DNA of 64,000 nucleotides from the NCBI GenBank assembly GCA_951406725.2, contig OX597826.1, forward strand, positions 28,148,001 through 28,212,000. The letters are read 5' to 3'. This DNA is from Octopus vulgaris (Eukaryota). Positions 1 through 13,717 of the stretch are shown here, in pieces. The notes below the pieces were generated by a model. It was given only the letters and a program-made list of their open reading frames with translations. It was not told the DNA's origin and made no database searches. How positions within the stretch are numbered: the first letter of the stretch is position 1; each line of letters begins with the position of its first letter. The translations under genes and the position numbers were made by a program.

Positions 1-58
<58 letters not shown>

Positions 59-67
59 CATATGTAC

Positions 68-352
<285 letters not shown>

Positions 353-427
353 GATAGATAGACAGACAGGCAGGCAGACAAGCATACAGGCTAACAGACA
401 GACAGACAGACAGATAGACAGACAGAC

Positions 428-497
<70 letters not shown>

Positions 498-1217
498 ACA
501 CACATACACACACTCACACAGATGGTCGCACCGACAGACAGAGGAACAGATAGAGAGATATCCGTTTTAATACATTTGCACGTGTGCGTACGTATGTGCC
601 TACGGGTGTTGACGCGTCTTTGAGTATGTATGGTGTGTGTGTGTGAGAGAGAGAGAGCGCGCTCTGTGTGTGTCCAGATATACCTATAAATAAACAAATA
701 CACACACATATACACATCGATACATCAGAGATTGCTTATTATATAAAACAAAAGCTAACTATTGTCTTTCTGCTTGGCCAAACATCTGTTTCCGCTAAAT
801 TAACTCCATTCCAGGCAGTATCCTACTTAGGTTTCACCCTGTCGACTTGTGCTGATGTCCAGAAATTCCATGAGGTGTCATCGACAAAAGTTCTGTGTAC
901 TGCACTACCGTGACTACACACTCTCTCCACAGGTAAAAGTATGTATGTGTGTGTGAGTGTATGTATGTATATATATGTATGTATGCGGGCGTGTGAGCGT
1001 GTGTGAACATATGTATATATGTATATATATGTGTGTGTGTGTATGTGTGTGTTTATATGTGTATATGATAGATTTATATATGTATGCATGTATGTATATA
1101 CATATATACATACATATAAGCGTATATACACATATATATATATACATACATACATGGATACATTCACACACACACACACATATATATATATACGTACAAA
1201 TGTATACATACAAATAA

Positions 1218-1272
<55 letters not shown>

Positions 1273-1426
1273 GGCTTAGTAAAATAAATTACTTTGCCGC
1301 ATACTGAACTCATTAGAAATAGCAGCTAAAAAACTTTTTTAAAAACCATTTCTAATACTTAAAGAAAATCTCTCTCGTATAGTGCCTGGTCAACTCAACT
1401 CACGAAAGTTTGGACAGAAATTGTTG

Positions 1427-1466
<40 letters not shown>

Positions 1467-2300
1467 TGTATATACACATATATCTATGTGTGTGTACATA
1501 AACATACAAGTAATTGCACATACATTTAGGTATGTATATAAACGCACGCACACATTAATATAAATATGCACACACACATACACACACAAGTACACACACA
1601 CCCACACATGTATACATAAAAAATATATGTCAATGTATGTATGTATGTATGTATGTATGTATGTATGTATGCATCGGCACAGGTCGAAATATAAATACAA
1701 ATACAAATACACAAACGTACATATACATATGACTGTATGTGTGTGTGCGCGTGTGTGTATGTGTGTGTGTATAGAGTAGAGAGAGAGAGGAGAAGGCATG
1801 ACTGTGTGACTAACAATGACGGTTTTGGGTTCATTCCCATTGCAGGGCTCCCTAGTCAAGAGATCTATGTGCGTATGTGTGTGTGTCTGTGTCTGTGCTT
1901 GTGTCTCTGTGTCTGCTTGATAATAGGTGTTGGTCTGTTTGCGGCCTCGTAAGCTAGTGACGCGGCAACAAGAAACCGATATCATAAGGGCCCACCTTTA
2001 CAAAATGTGCACAAAAGTCTATTCCTTCGGCTAAAATTGTCCAAAGCGGTGCCCTAGCATGGCCGTAGTCTAATGACTGAAACAACTAAAAGATAAAACA
2101 CACACACACGCATACATGCACACACACACATACATACACACACACATACACACACACACAAACACATATATGTATGCACACACACACGCACACACACCAT
2201 AGTCAAATCGAATAAACGAACATTAAAAATAACAACAACGTAGAACAAGAGGACGAGCAAGGGAACGTGTTAGTTTGACGCTCGGTAAAAAGAGAGAATT

Positions 2301-2333
2301 TTTGACGTTTCGAACATAGCTCTTCGTCAGAGA
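2301..2333 (-). ncRNA. Minimal hammerhead (GAAACGUC type); related degenerate motifs at about 44830-44857 (+) and 61370-61403 (-)
   Basis: TCT-CTGACGA-AGAGC TAT GTTC-GAAA-CGTC-AAA; palindromic ACGT helix III. Confidence 0.55.
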
Positions 2334-3084
2334 GGAAAAAAGGAAAAGAAAAGGGAAAAAGTCCGCAGAAGGAAAAGCAAAAGGAAAAAAATCACCAACA
2401 GCTCGTGCGCAGATGAGTGTGTGTCTACATATACATATTGATGTATAAATATAATTTTATAGACAAATAGACAGACAGACGGACTGATACATATTGTATT
2501 CACTTTTAGGTTTATTTGCTTTTAGGTTAATCTTCGATAGAATTCAGACCCGACATTGCATGGTGAGGCTTGTAAATATTGACGTGTAAATCTTTAATAT
2601 ACATTCTAGTATATTATGGCTGGAAAACGAAATACTTGCCTAGAAATATTATGTACGTACAAGTTGCTAGGAATGTGTTTCATTAGTAAAACGCTCAATC
2701 CAATTAAGTTACACGGCTAAACGTAGCGGGTATTTAAGCAAAGTACTAGTGGATAATTGATGGGTTTCATGTGGTGCTGATGAGAGAACAATAACTCTTG
2801 AAATATGCATATACACACACTACAATATCCGTCAAATGTAAATAATGTAAATAATGTACATAATTTTCATCTCTTAAATATAGAACTATATACAGACACA
2901 CTGCCTATCACATTGTTTATATTTAAGAAATGTTGTAACTTTTGCAATGGTGTTTCCGAATTTTATAGAAAATCCATGGAGATAAACTAAAAACTGTACA
3001 CACTGGTATATATATGTATGTATATGCATGCATATATAATGGATATATATGTACGTATATATGTGGATGTATATATATATATAA

Positions 3085-3117
<33 letters not shown>

Positions 3118-3369
3118 TGTATGTATTATGTATGTATGTATGTATACATGTATGTATGTATGTAAGTATATATATATATATGTGTGTATGTGTGTGTGTG
3201 TATGTGTGCGTGTGTGTATACCTGTATGTATGTAAATAAAGAAAGGAAAAAGAAAGATAAAGGGAGATACATAAAAAAAAAATACATATGCATACATACG
3301 TGTATCTTTAAGTGTGTATGCATATGTATATATATACATATATATATATACGTGCACAAATGCATTCAC

Positions 3370-3402
<33 letters not shown>

Positions 3403-3404
3403 TG

Positions 3405-3476
<72 letters not shown>

Positions 3477-3785
3477 CGTGTGTGTTTCATGCACAAAACA
3501 TTACAGAATCTAGAAGCACGTTTATATATCAAACACTAATTTAATTCTGAAGTAGAATATCCGCGATCTTTATAGTGTTTGACGGATTATTAATTTTATG
3601 TGAGTACGCGAACAAATGAACAAAAATAATAGGTTTGCAAGGGAAAAGAAAACAATACGTGCTCTTGTGTGCGTGAATGTATGCATACGTACATGTGTGT
3701 GGGAGTAGGTGAGCTCTTGCGTGTGTAGAAGTGTGTATATGCGTGTGATGACGGCTAGCTAGATAGATAGAAAGATAGATAGATC

Positions 3786-3833
<48 letters not shown>

Positions 3834-4198
3834 TATTTATATGTGTGTGTGTGTATTGTGTGTGTAAATAAATAAATATATATATATATATTCATATAAA
3901 TACAGTGTACATTAAAACACATAAGAGATGGCCATACTAGGACATCTAACACGCTAGAAGGAGTAGTATATATATATATATACATATATATATACATATA
4001 CATGCATACAATATATACATATATATATGCATATATGCATATATACATACATTTATATATCTATATGTGTGTGTGTGTGTCTGTATATGTGTAGACGTAT
4101 ATGCGTGTGACTTATACATGCTTGTATATACACACACACACACATATATATATATATACTAACACACAAACATATAGACACAGACACACACATAGATA

Positions 4199-4251
<53 letters not shown>

Positions 4252-4602
4252 ATACATAGAAGCATACTGATTCATAAATAATATACAAATACGTATGTAT
4301 ATGATGATTCAATACATGTGTCCATATATGTATGGAGGTATGTTTGTGCTTGTTTGTGTATGAGTGTTTGTATGTAGAAATGTGAGTGAGAAAGAGGTGT
4401 GTACAGAATGGTAAGGTGCGCGCTAAGATAATGGTGCTAATCAAATTGTCACAGCAGCAACATGTGGGTAATTAGAGCCGAAGTCAACGACCAGATGACA
4501 TTTTGTTGCGAGGCGGTTTGGCAGTTTTATTTAGCTTTTTTTTTTTTTTAATATATATATATATATATAATATATATATATATATATAATATTATAATAT
4601 AT

Positions 4603-4663
<61 letters not shown>

Positions 4664-4983
4664 ATGCATGCATATATATATACATATATATATATATATG
4701 TATATATATAATATATATAATATATGTATACGCACAAATATATATATACATATATATATAAATCTGGACAGACATGTTTATGCCTTTATGTGCACATATT
4801 TATAGACACATGTGCTAATTTTTATATGTATGTTTGTATGTATTTTTATATATATGTATATAAATATATATATATGTATGTATATATACATGTATATATA
4901 CATGTGTATGTGAATATCCAAGTATGTTAGTAAGTTTATAAGCTTGCGTATAAATCTATGCGCATATACAAATATATATACGA

Positions 4984-5059
<76 letters not shown>

Positions 5060-5929
5060 ATATGTGTGTGTATGTATGTATGTATGTATGTATGAATGTA
5101 TGTATGTATGTATGTAAAGATAGATAGATATCGAAACAAATAAACACACACGCACACAGATACACACACATACACACACACACGCACGCACACCCATGCA
5201 GGATATGAAGAAGAGACCCTTACATCCTTACAGCTGTTTCAAATATTCAGTGATGCTTGATGTTATAATACATATCAGCAAAGCGATGTACATTATGAAG
5301 CAACACACGGTCAACACACCTAATCCAGATACATGAAAAACCTCACGCGTCAGCCGTAGGATAATTCTCTTCAGAAGGATTTTTGGTAAATGATAAAGGA
5401 ATGAACAATATTCAAGATTAATACAAAGATAAAAAATTAAATTACGAAAGGGTGAGACGATGAAGGTAGCCGAGGTTATTGTTTAAGATAAAAAATATGG
5501 AAGGGAAGATGAGACAAAACGCAAAGCTAAAAAATGTGCGTTCGCTAAATAAAGAGAAGAAAAATACCGATATTTCTCTATTTTCTCTTTGATTTCTCTT
5601 CAAACTTAATGTTTTCTTTACCCAACTCATCTGTTTCTGCTGTGATCTACCGTTATTAAGAAGATGGAATTAAAGAATACGACTGCGTGAGCAGTAAGTT
5701 GATGCCTGTCCATTCTGCAATCGTACTTGCATCATCTCACCCACTACATACACACATACATACATACATACATACATACATACATACATACATACATACA
5801 TACATGTATGTATGTATGTATGTATGTATGTATGTATGTATGTATGTATGTATGAATGAATGTATGTATATATGTGTGTATGTATGTATGTATGTATGTA
5901 TGTATGTATCTTTTATCTTTTCATTATTA

Positions 5930-6176
5930 TAAATCTTCGACTGAAAAGGGAGCCGGTTTCCAACAACGATACAAGGCTCCATCTTTGGGATGTAATTAAC
6001 ACAGACAAATTCGCATTTGGAACTTGAGAAATGTCTCTCATATTTTCACTGTTCCACTCACACGCTGGACTTACGAATGAGCTGGTCAATTTCTCTTTCT
6101 GAAAATCCCAGTTTATCCAGATTCTCCTTTAAGCAATTACTAACAGAACCTAATCCTCCAATTATTATTGGTATCA
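5930..6176 (-). mobile_element. 3' end of an RLE-type (R2/NeSL/R4-group) non-LTR retrotransposon
   Basis: Minus-strand translation IPIIIGGLGSVSNCLKENLDKLGFSEREIDQLIRK...SGTVKI*ETFLKF resembles the C-terminal RLE segment. Flanked on both sides by (TATG)n. Confidence 0.6.
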
Positions 6177-6297
6177 ATATGTATGTGTGCATGTATGCAT
6201 GTATGTGTGTGTGTGTATGTATGTATGTATGTATGTATGTATGTATGTATGTATGTATGTATGTATGTATGTATGTATGTATGTATTTATGTATGTA

Positions 6298-6718
6298 TGA
6301 AATATAGCAGGATCCCGAAGCAGATGCTATATGGGGAACTTATGAATGGAAAGAGACCCCGGCAGAAACCAAGTCAGCGATTTAAGGACTTTGTCAAGTC
6401 CTCATTAAAGGCCTGTGATATGCAGGAGACTGACTCTCAGAGCAATGCCTATTATTACCATAGATGGAAGAAGCAAGTTAAGGAGGGGGTGGACACTTTT
6501 GTGAGAGCACATATTCTACATGAAAGCTCACTGCTAGTGTAGTGATGGGGAAAGCTTGGTTTGCAATGTTTACAGTCGTGTATGCTTGTCAAGAGCAGGG
6601 CTCTATAGCCAGCAACAAACCCGCAAATGCAGAATGTAAGTTAGTCCCAGAGCGCACAATGTTCCTGAAGGTCAGCAATGGTCTTCCTCGGTCACGAGTA
6701 GACGGCCATCATCATCAT
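6298..6718 (+). mobile_element. 5'-truncated RTE (BovB-like) LINE 3' end
   Basis: RIPKQMLYGELMNGKRPRQKPSQRFKDFVKSSLK is a typical RTE C-terminus. Degenerate Zn-finger (CNVYSRVCLSRAGL), 3' stem-loop CTCG GTCA CGAG and (CAT)n tail. Confidence 0.85.
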
Positions 6719-7179
6719 GTATGTATGTATGCATGTATGTATGTAAGTATGTATGTATGTGTGTATGTATGTATTTATGTATGTATGTGTATGTATGCAT
6801 GAATGTATGTACATACAAACATACATACAATTACATGTGTGTGTTTAAGTGTGTGTGTGTGTATGTGTTCTCATGGGTAAGATGCAACAGTGGTTTCACA
6901 TTCATTTACAGTATACTCTGTGGAGAAGCGTGGTTTTGTGGTTCGGGTGTTCAGCTCACGACCGTGAGTTCAATTCCCGGCGGTGTGTTGTTTCCTTGAG
7001 CAAGACACTTTATTTCATGTTGCTTTACTCCACTCAGCTGGCGAAAATGAGCTGTAGCTGTATTTCAAAGGACCAGCGATGTCAAGCTTTGTGTCACACT
7101 GAATCTCCCTGAGAACTACATTAAGGGTATGCGTGGAGAGTTGTCAAGCGGGAACAAACGCAGACGCACAAATACATAC

Positions 7180-7326
<147 letters not shown>

Positions 7327-8485
7327 CGACGAGCTTCTTCAGTTTCCCTGTGCCAAATCCATTCACAAGGCTTTGGACTGCCCGTGGTTACAGTAGAAGA
7401 CACTTGCTCAAGGTGCCACGCAGTGGGACTGAACCCGGAACCATGTGATTGAGAAGCAAGCTTCTTACCATAAGCCACTTCTGCGCTATATATATATATA
7501 TATATACTTGGAAAAGGGTGAGTTTCGAAGGTAAGGACACGCGGTGTAGATGAAACAGGGACAACTGAAGAAGGGGAATATTCCTTGTGTTGCTTGTCTT
7601 ATACCCTGTTTTTTTTTTCGTTGTTTGAAAAAAGTTCGTTTCTATGTTTTCGTTTCTCATTGTGCTGAACGTTTTTTGTCCTGTACCCATATATGCATAT
7701 ATATATATATGTATATGTGCATATATTTATATATTATTTATATTATATACATATATGTGTGTGTGTGTGTGTGTGTGCGTGTGTGTGTGTGTGTGAATGT
7801 ATGTATGTATATAGATAGATATGCATGTATGTATATATGTATATACGTGTGTGTGATGCACACATACACATACATACGTACACACAAACGCACATACTCG
7901 TATATCCATTCATACGCAGAGATACACACAGATACACACGGACACACAAAGGCACACACATATATATACAAGTGCGTGTACATGTATTAATGCGTGAATA
8001 AGTCTTCTTATTTGTGTGCATGTGTGTGTGTATATATATATACGTGTATGCTTTATGTTCATATGCTTGTGTTTATGATTATATATTTACATACGTGTGT
8101 GTGTAGTTATGGAGAAGTATATGTATTAGAGTCCGTAAATGAGCGTGTGTGTGTGTGTGTGCGTGTGTGTGTGTGTGTGTATGTGTGTGTGCATGTGTGT
8201 GTGTGCGTGCGTGTGTCTACATCCACTAATATCTGCCGTAGTTAAATATTTAAATAGGTAATTTTATCTGTTGATTTCGTAGTCGTTACAATAACCTTTT
8301 TTAATGAGAAACATTCTACACCGCCATTACATTAGCTGCTGGGGTGGCGTGGCAGGGAGGTGACGCAGAGGCGGGGAGCGATGCCGTGGAGGCGGCGGTG
8401 AAGTGGTGTGGTGTGTGGGGAGGGGGAGATGTGAGGCTGGTTTATGCTCAGTGGAAATATTGAACCTGTCTGTGAATGTGTCTGC

Positions 8486-8532
<47 letters not shown>

Positions 8533-8590
8533 CAATACTCTGTGAACCTCTCTGAGCAGGTACGGGAATATATACACGTGTGAGTGTAAT

Positions 8591-8624
<34 letters not shown>

Positions 8625-8825
8625 TGTATGTATGTATGTATGTATGTATGTATGTATGTACGTATGTATGTATGTATGTATTCATATATGTGTTTGTGTG
8701 CTTATATTTATGTGTGGATGTGTGTACTCATGCATGTATGTAAGTTCAAATGTACGATTGTTTGTATGTAGAAATGTATACATACACGCATTACATACAT
8801 ATATGTATAATATATATGTATATAA

Positions 8826-8885
<60 letters not shown>

Positions 8886-8976
8886 GGAGGGAGAGAGAGA
8901 GGGAGAGAGAGCGGGAGAGAGAGAGTGAGAGATATAGTTATTAATATACATATATATATGTGTATATATATATGTA

Positions 8977-9033
<57 letters not shown>

Positions 9034-9165
9034 AATATGCATGCTTATTACATACACGAATATTTATATAAGTAGGCATGTGTGAATATATGTATGTATA
9101 TATATATATATATAAATACATACATACATATTTACAAATATATATATATAATATGTATACATATA

Positions 9166-9227
<62 letters not shown>

Positions 9228-9257
9228 CATGTATACATATATATCTTTTTATGTATA

Positions 9258-10826
9258 CACTGCGTCCCACATTATTAGGCAAATGAACCTTCTCCCAATA
9301 AATAAATTTATATTCGTTCAAAACCAGTTGTTTTCACACTGACTGTTGGCAATACATCTCTGCGCACATTCTGTTAAAATTAATGGGATCTGCGCAGACG
9401 CCAACAATCGGCGGCCATTTTTTGATTGGGCAACATTTTCGCTGTCACAAATTATTAAGTAAGTATAATGAAAATGATAAGTGTGTCGGAACAGACATTT
9501 ATTTAATTCAACAGTAAAGGTTTAACAAAAAAATTATTCATAAAAGGCTTATTGGTAAACATAATAACACGTTCGAATGAAAATAACCATGGTGATTGTG
9601 ATGACATGCAGCTCCTAATGTTTGATGTATGATCCTCTACATGCAATAACCGTCCTTAGGTGCTGATCTATTTAATTTGTTAAGGTTATGATATCCTCTT
9701 GAGTCATGCTTTGAGCAGCATCTACAATAGCATCCCAGAGGGCAAATTTACTTGAAAACTGCAGTCCATCTTGGTAAACGCGCCTCTTCAGTACGTTCCA
9801 CAGGAAACAAGGTGGCCACCCCATCAAACGACCTCCAGAGAAGTCTGTTTGTTGCAGCTATTCATTAGAATCCTTCGCTACTTGAGACGGGGTATTATCT
9901 TGCATGAAGACCAGCTTTCTCTTGAATGAAAGTTTTTGCTTTTTGAACCACAGTTGGAAATTGTCCTTTAAAAGGGTAACATATATTTTCGATGTACTCC
10001 TAATGTCATCTGGGACTTTCTATGGCCCGACCATCATACCACCAACGATGCCAGCCTAAAACAGGATCCCACCTCTTCCCTGTTGGCGTCTCAAACTATG
10101 AGGACGATTCCCTCGGACTGATACCCAAACTTTACTCCAGCCATCTGGTCTGTCAAGGTTAGCACAGCATTCGTCAGTGAATAGAACTGTTGAAAAACCT
10201 ATCTTCATGTATTCTTCTGCCCATTTAAGTCTCTACTGTTTATGAACATCCTATAGAGGGGACCTTGTAACAGGTTTAACATTCCTGGTTACCTGCTTCA
10301 ATGGGCGACACCTGGTAGTTTTCGATACGTCTTCCCTACCGTTTGAAGACTTCCCTACTTGCCAGACATGGGTTCCGCACAACTTCCCTTTTCATACGTG
10401 AGAAAGTACGATTCAAAGCAACCCTCGACTTACCCTTATCTGCTCTCGACCGGACAGAAATAGGAGACTGCACAAATTTCTTCACTGTTCGGTGATCTCA
10501 CCCCAGTATTTTGTATATTTCTATGGTTGTTTTTCCTTTTCCAAGCTCTGACACGATGGTAGACTTCTCATTCGAATTAAGGTCACATTTCTGATCCATA
10601 ATGTTACTTAAATTGGGCACGTGACTAATAATTTGGGACAGTAGGAATGTTTCTGCTACACGATAATGGCTACCGTTTGTTTCCGTTTGCGCAGATGCGA
10701 TTTATTTTAACAGAATGTGCGCAGATTGGTGTTGCCAGCAATCAGCCTGAAGTCAACTGGCTTTGAACGAATATACATTTATTTATTGAGAGAAGGTTCA
10801 TTTACCTAATACTGTGGAACGCAGTG
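9258..10826 (-). mobile_element. Full-length decayed Tc1-family transposon, TRT (DD37E)-like, with long TIRs
   Basis: Imperfect TIRs of about 160 bp, CACTGCGTCCCACATTATTAGGCAAATGAACC / GGTTCATTTACCTAATACTGTGGAACGCAGTG; TA at the left end. Confidence 0.9.
9615..10599 (-). pseudogene. Tc1/TRT-like transposase pseudogene
   Basis: MDQKCDLNSNEKSTIVSELGKGKTTIEIYKILG*DHRTVKKFV...VLFTDECCANLDRPDGWSKVW...FMQDNTP...WPPC. Several stops; the SPDLNPIE motif carrying the third catalytic residue is deleted. Confidence 0.88.
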
Positions 10827-11554
10827 TGTGTGTGTATATATATATGTGTGTGTGTATGTGTATATATATGTGTGTGTGTGTATATATATATGTGTGTGTG
10901 TGTAAGTACATGCATACATACATATATACATACATACATACATACATACATACATACTTACACACATACATACATACATATTTATATTTATAAACAAATA
11001 TATATACATGTATTTATATACGTATATATTTCTATATATGTGCATTATGTATGTATGAATGTATGTATGTATGTATGTATGTATGTATGTATGTATGTAT
11101 GTATGTATGTATGTATGTGTGTATGTATGTATGTATGTATGTATGTATGTATGTATGTATGTATGTATGTATAGAGCTCGAGAGAGCATGGAGTGCCACA
11201 CTCTCATACGTAATGTCTTAATGTCATTCATGTTTATATGAGCAAATGATAGTAGGAATTACAATATAAAAATGACGAATTTTCATATTTTTCTACGCTT
11301 CTGAAGTACGCACAGTATATAATCATCTAAGCATTTGCCTGAGTGTTTGCGAATAAAAGTGATTCAAGCTGATCTTCTGTCGGATCTGGTGTTTGTGACA
11401 AAAAAGAATTTACTCATCCAATATGTTAGTCCATCTTTGAAATAGCTTCTTTCAAATTCTCCTTTATTGCATTTTAACAAAGTGTTTCAACTACACTACA
11501 AAACTTTACTTATATGCATTCATATATAGAATTATGTATACATACATATACGCA

Positions 11555-11589
<35 letters not shown>

Positions 11590-11610
11590 ACACACATATG
11601 TGTATATATA

Positions 11611-11827
11611 TGATATGGTGCTGAAAAGTTTCTGGCTTTCGGTAAAAGAAAATAAAGGAAGATCAGTTAATTATGATTTTATTCAATATATGCCCCATTC
11701 AGATTCACGCATTTACAGCAGCGGTCCTTCAGTTTTTCTAAGCCCTGTAAAAGAACTCGGAAGGCTGGGCATCCAACTAGGCTTTTCGCGACACCCTTAA
11801 AGCCAGGAATTATTCAGCACCCCGTCG
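11611..11827. mobile_element. Mariner-derived MITE
   Basis: TIRs GGTGCTGAAAAGTTTCTGGCTTT / AAAGCCAGGAATTATTCAGCACC with TA flanks. Confidence 0.75.
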
Positions 11828-11908
11828 TACATGCCTACGCTCTTCCACTGAAAGGAACACAGAAAGAAACAAGTAGAGAAAATAAAGGGAGAAATAAATG
11901 TTTATATA

Positions 11909-11949
<41 letters not shown>

Positions 11950-12041
11950 TTCACCCACTAGAAATAACAGCCAAAAGCTTTAACCGCAAAATAACGTCAA
12001 TTCCGTAAACCAGGAGAAAATTAAAAAACATTTACCCTGTA

Positions 12042-12148
12042 ATTTCTTAGACGATGCACCGTTTCATCTACTGTTTAATGGAAAACTAACCTGATTAAAT
12101 TAAATCAAGCCAATCTACCATAAGCCCTTAGATTCATCAGTAAGAAAT
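12042..12148 (-). ncRNA. Type I hammerhead ribozyme, minus-strand copy 1
   Basis: Reverse complement of 13611-13717 (TTCATCAGTAAGAAAT and ATTTCTTAGACGATGCACCGTTTC); one substitution within helix II. Confidence 0.88.
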
Positions 12149-12532
12149 AGCCAAGCCGGAACAGATATTTTTCACGAGGCATTCTCGTTGCTACCTCGTC
12201 AATATCTGACCTAAAATTTTCAAATCGTCGCACTCGCGCCAAATTTATCGGCAGCAAATAAATATAAGCCGCCGATTCCATTACGGAATTAACCAGAAAA
12301 TTCATAATTAATCAATATAGGGTGGCAAAAAAAATTTTGTAGAATTCTTTTGCCACCAGCGGCCTAGTGGGAAAAAATTAAATAGTCATAAACCATTTTT
12401 AAGTTCAACATCACAATCAAGGAACGGCCATAATAGGCCATTCACCCACTAGAAATAACAGCCAAAAGCTTTAACCGCAAAATAACGTCAATTCCGTAAA
12501 CCAGGAGAAAATTAAAAAACATTTACCCTGTA

Positions 12533-12639
12533 ATTTCTTAGACGATGCACCGTTTCATCTACTGTTTAATGGAAAACTAACCTGATTAAATTAAATCAAG
12601 CCAATCTACCATAGGCCCTTAGATTCATCAGTAAGAAAT
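12533..12639 (-). ncRNA. Type I hammerhead ribozyme, minus-strand copy 2
   Basis: As above, +491. Confidence 0.88.
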
Positions 12640-13023
12640 AGCCAAGCCGGAACAGATATTTTTCACGAGGCATTCTCGTTGCTACCTCGTCAATATCTGA
12701 CCTAAAATTTTCAAATCGTCGCACTCGCGCCAAATTTATCGGCAGCAAATAAATATAAGCCGCCGATTCCATTACGGAATTAACCAGAAAATTCATAATT
12801 AATCAATATAGGGTGGCAAAAAAAATTTTGTAGAATTCTTTTGCCACCAGCGGCCTAGTGGGAAAAAATTAAATAGTCATAAACCATTTTTAAGTTCAAC
12901 ATCACAATCAAGGAACGGCCATAATAGGCCATTCACCCACTAGAAATAACAGCCAAAAGCTTTAACCGCAAAATAACGTCAATTCCGTAAACCAGGAGAA
13001 AATTAAAAAACATTTACCCTGTA

Positions 13024-13130
13024 ATTTCTTAGACGATGCACCGTTTCATCTACTGTTTAATGGAAAACTAACCTGATTAAACTAAATCAAGCCAATCTAC
13101 CATAGGCCCTTAGATTCATCAGTAAGAAAT
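13024..13130 (-). ncRNA. Type I hammerhead ribozyme, minus-strand copy 3
   Basis: As above, +982. Confidence 0.88.
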
Positions 13131-13610
13131 AGCCAAGCCGGAACAGATATTTTTCACGAGGCATTCTCGTTGCTACCTCGTCAATATCTGACCTAAAATG
13201 TTCAAATCGTCGCACTCGCGCCAAATTTATCGGTAAATGTTTTTTAATTTTCTCCTGGTTTACGGAATTGACGTTATTTTGCGGTTAAAGCTTTTGGCTG
13301 TTATTTCTAGTGGGTGAATGGCCTATTATGGCCGTTCCTTGATTGTGATGTTGAACTTAAAAATGGTTTATGACTATTTAATTTTTTCCCACTAGGCCGC
13401 TGGTGGCAAAAGAATTCTACAAAATTTTTTTTGCCACCCTATATTGATTAATTATGAATTTTCTGGTTAATTCCGTAATGGAATCGGCGGCTTATATTTA
13501 TTTGCTGCCGATAAATTTGGCGCGAGTGCGACGATTTGAAAATTTTAGGTCAGATATTGACGAGGTAGCAACGAGAATGCCTCGTGAAAAATATCTGTTC
13601 CGGCTTGGCT

Positions 13611-13717
13611 ATTTCTTACTGATGAATCTAAGGGCCTATGGTAGATTGGCTTGATTTAATTTAATCAGGTTAGTTTTCCATTAAACAGTAGATGAAACGG
13701 TGCATCGTCTAAGAAAT
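13611..13717 (+). ncRNA. Type I hammerhead ribozyme with extended helix II; predicted cleavage after GUC at 13709
   Basis: Helix I ATTTCTTA(13611-18)/TAAGAAAT(13710-17); core CTGATGA 13619-25; helix II ATCTA...TAGAT(13689-93); GAAA 13694-97; near-palindromic helix III ACGGTGCATCGT; triplet GTC. Confidence 0.9.

Noticed and set aside
11948-12438. Second ribozyme in the opposite polarity (ambisense viroid/obelisk-like)
   Set aside because: Only CTGATTA and CTGACCT are present on that strand; no complete hammerhead core was found by eye.
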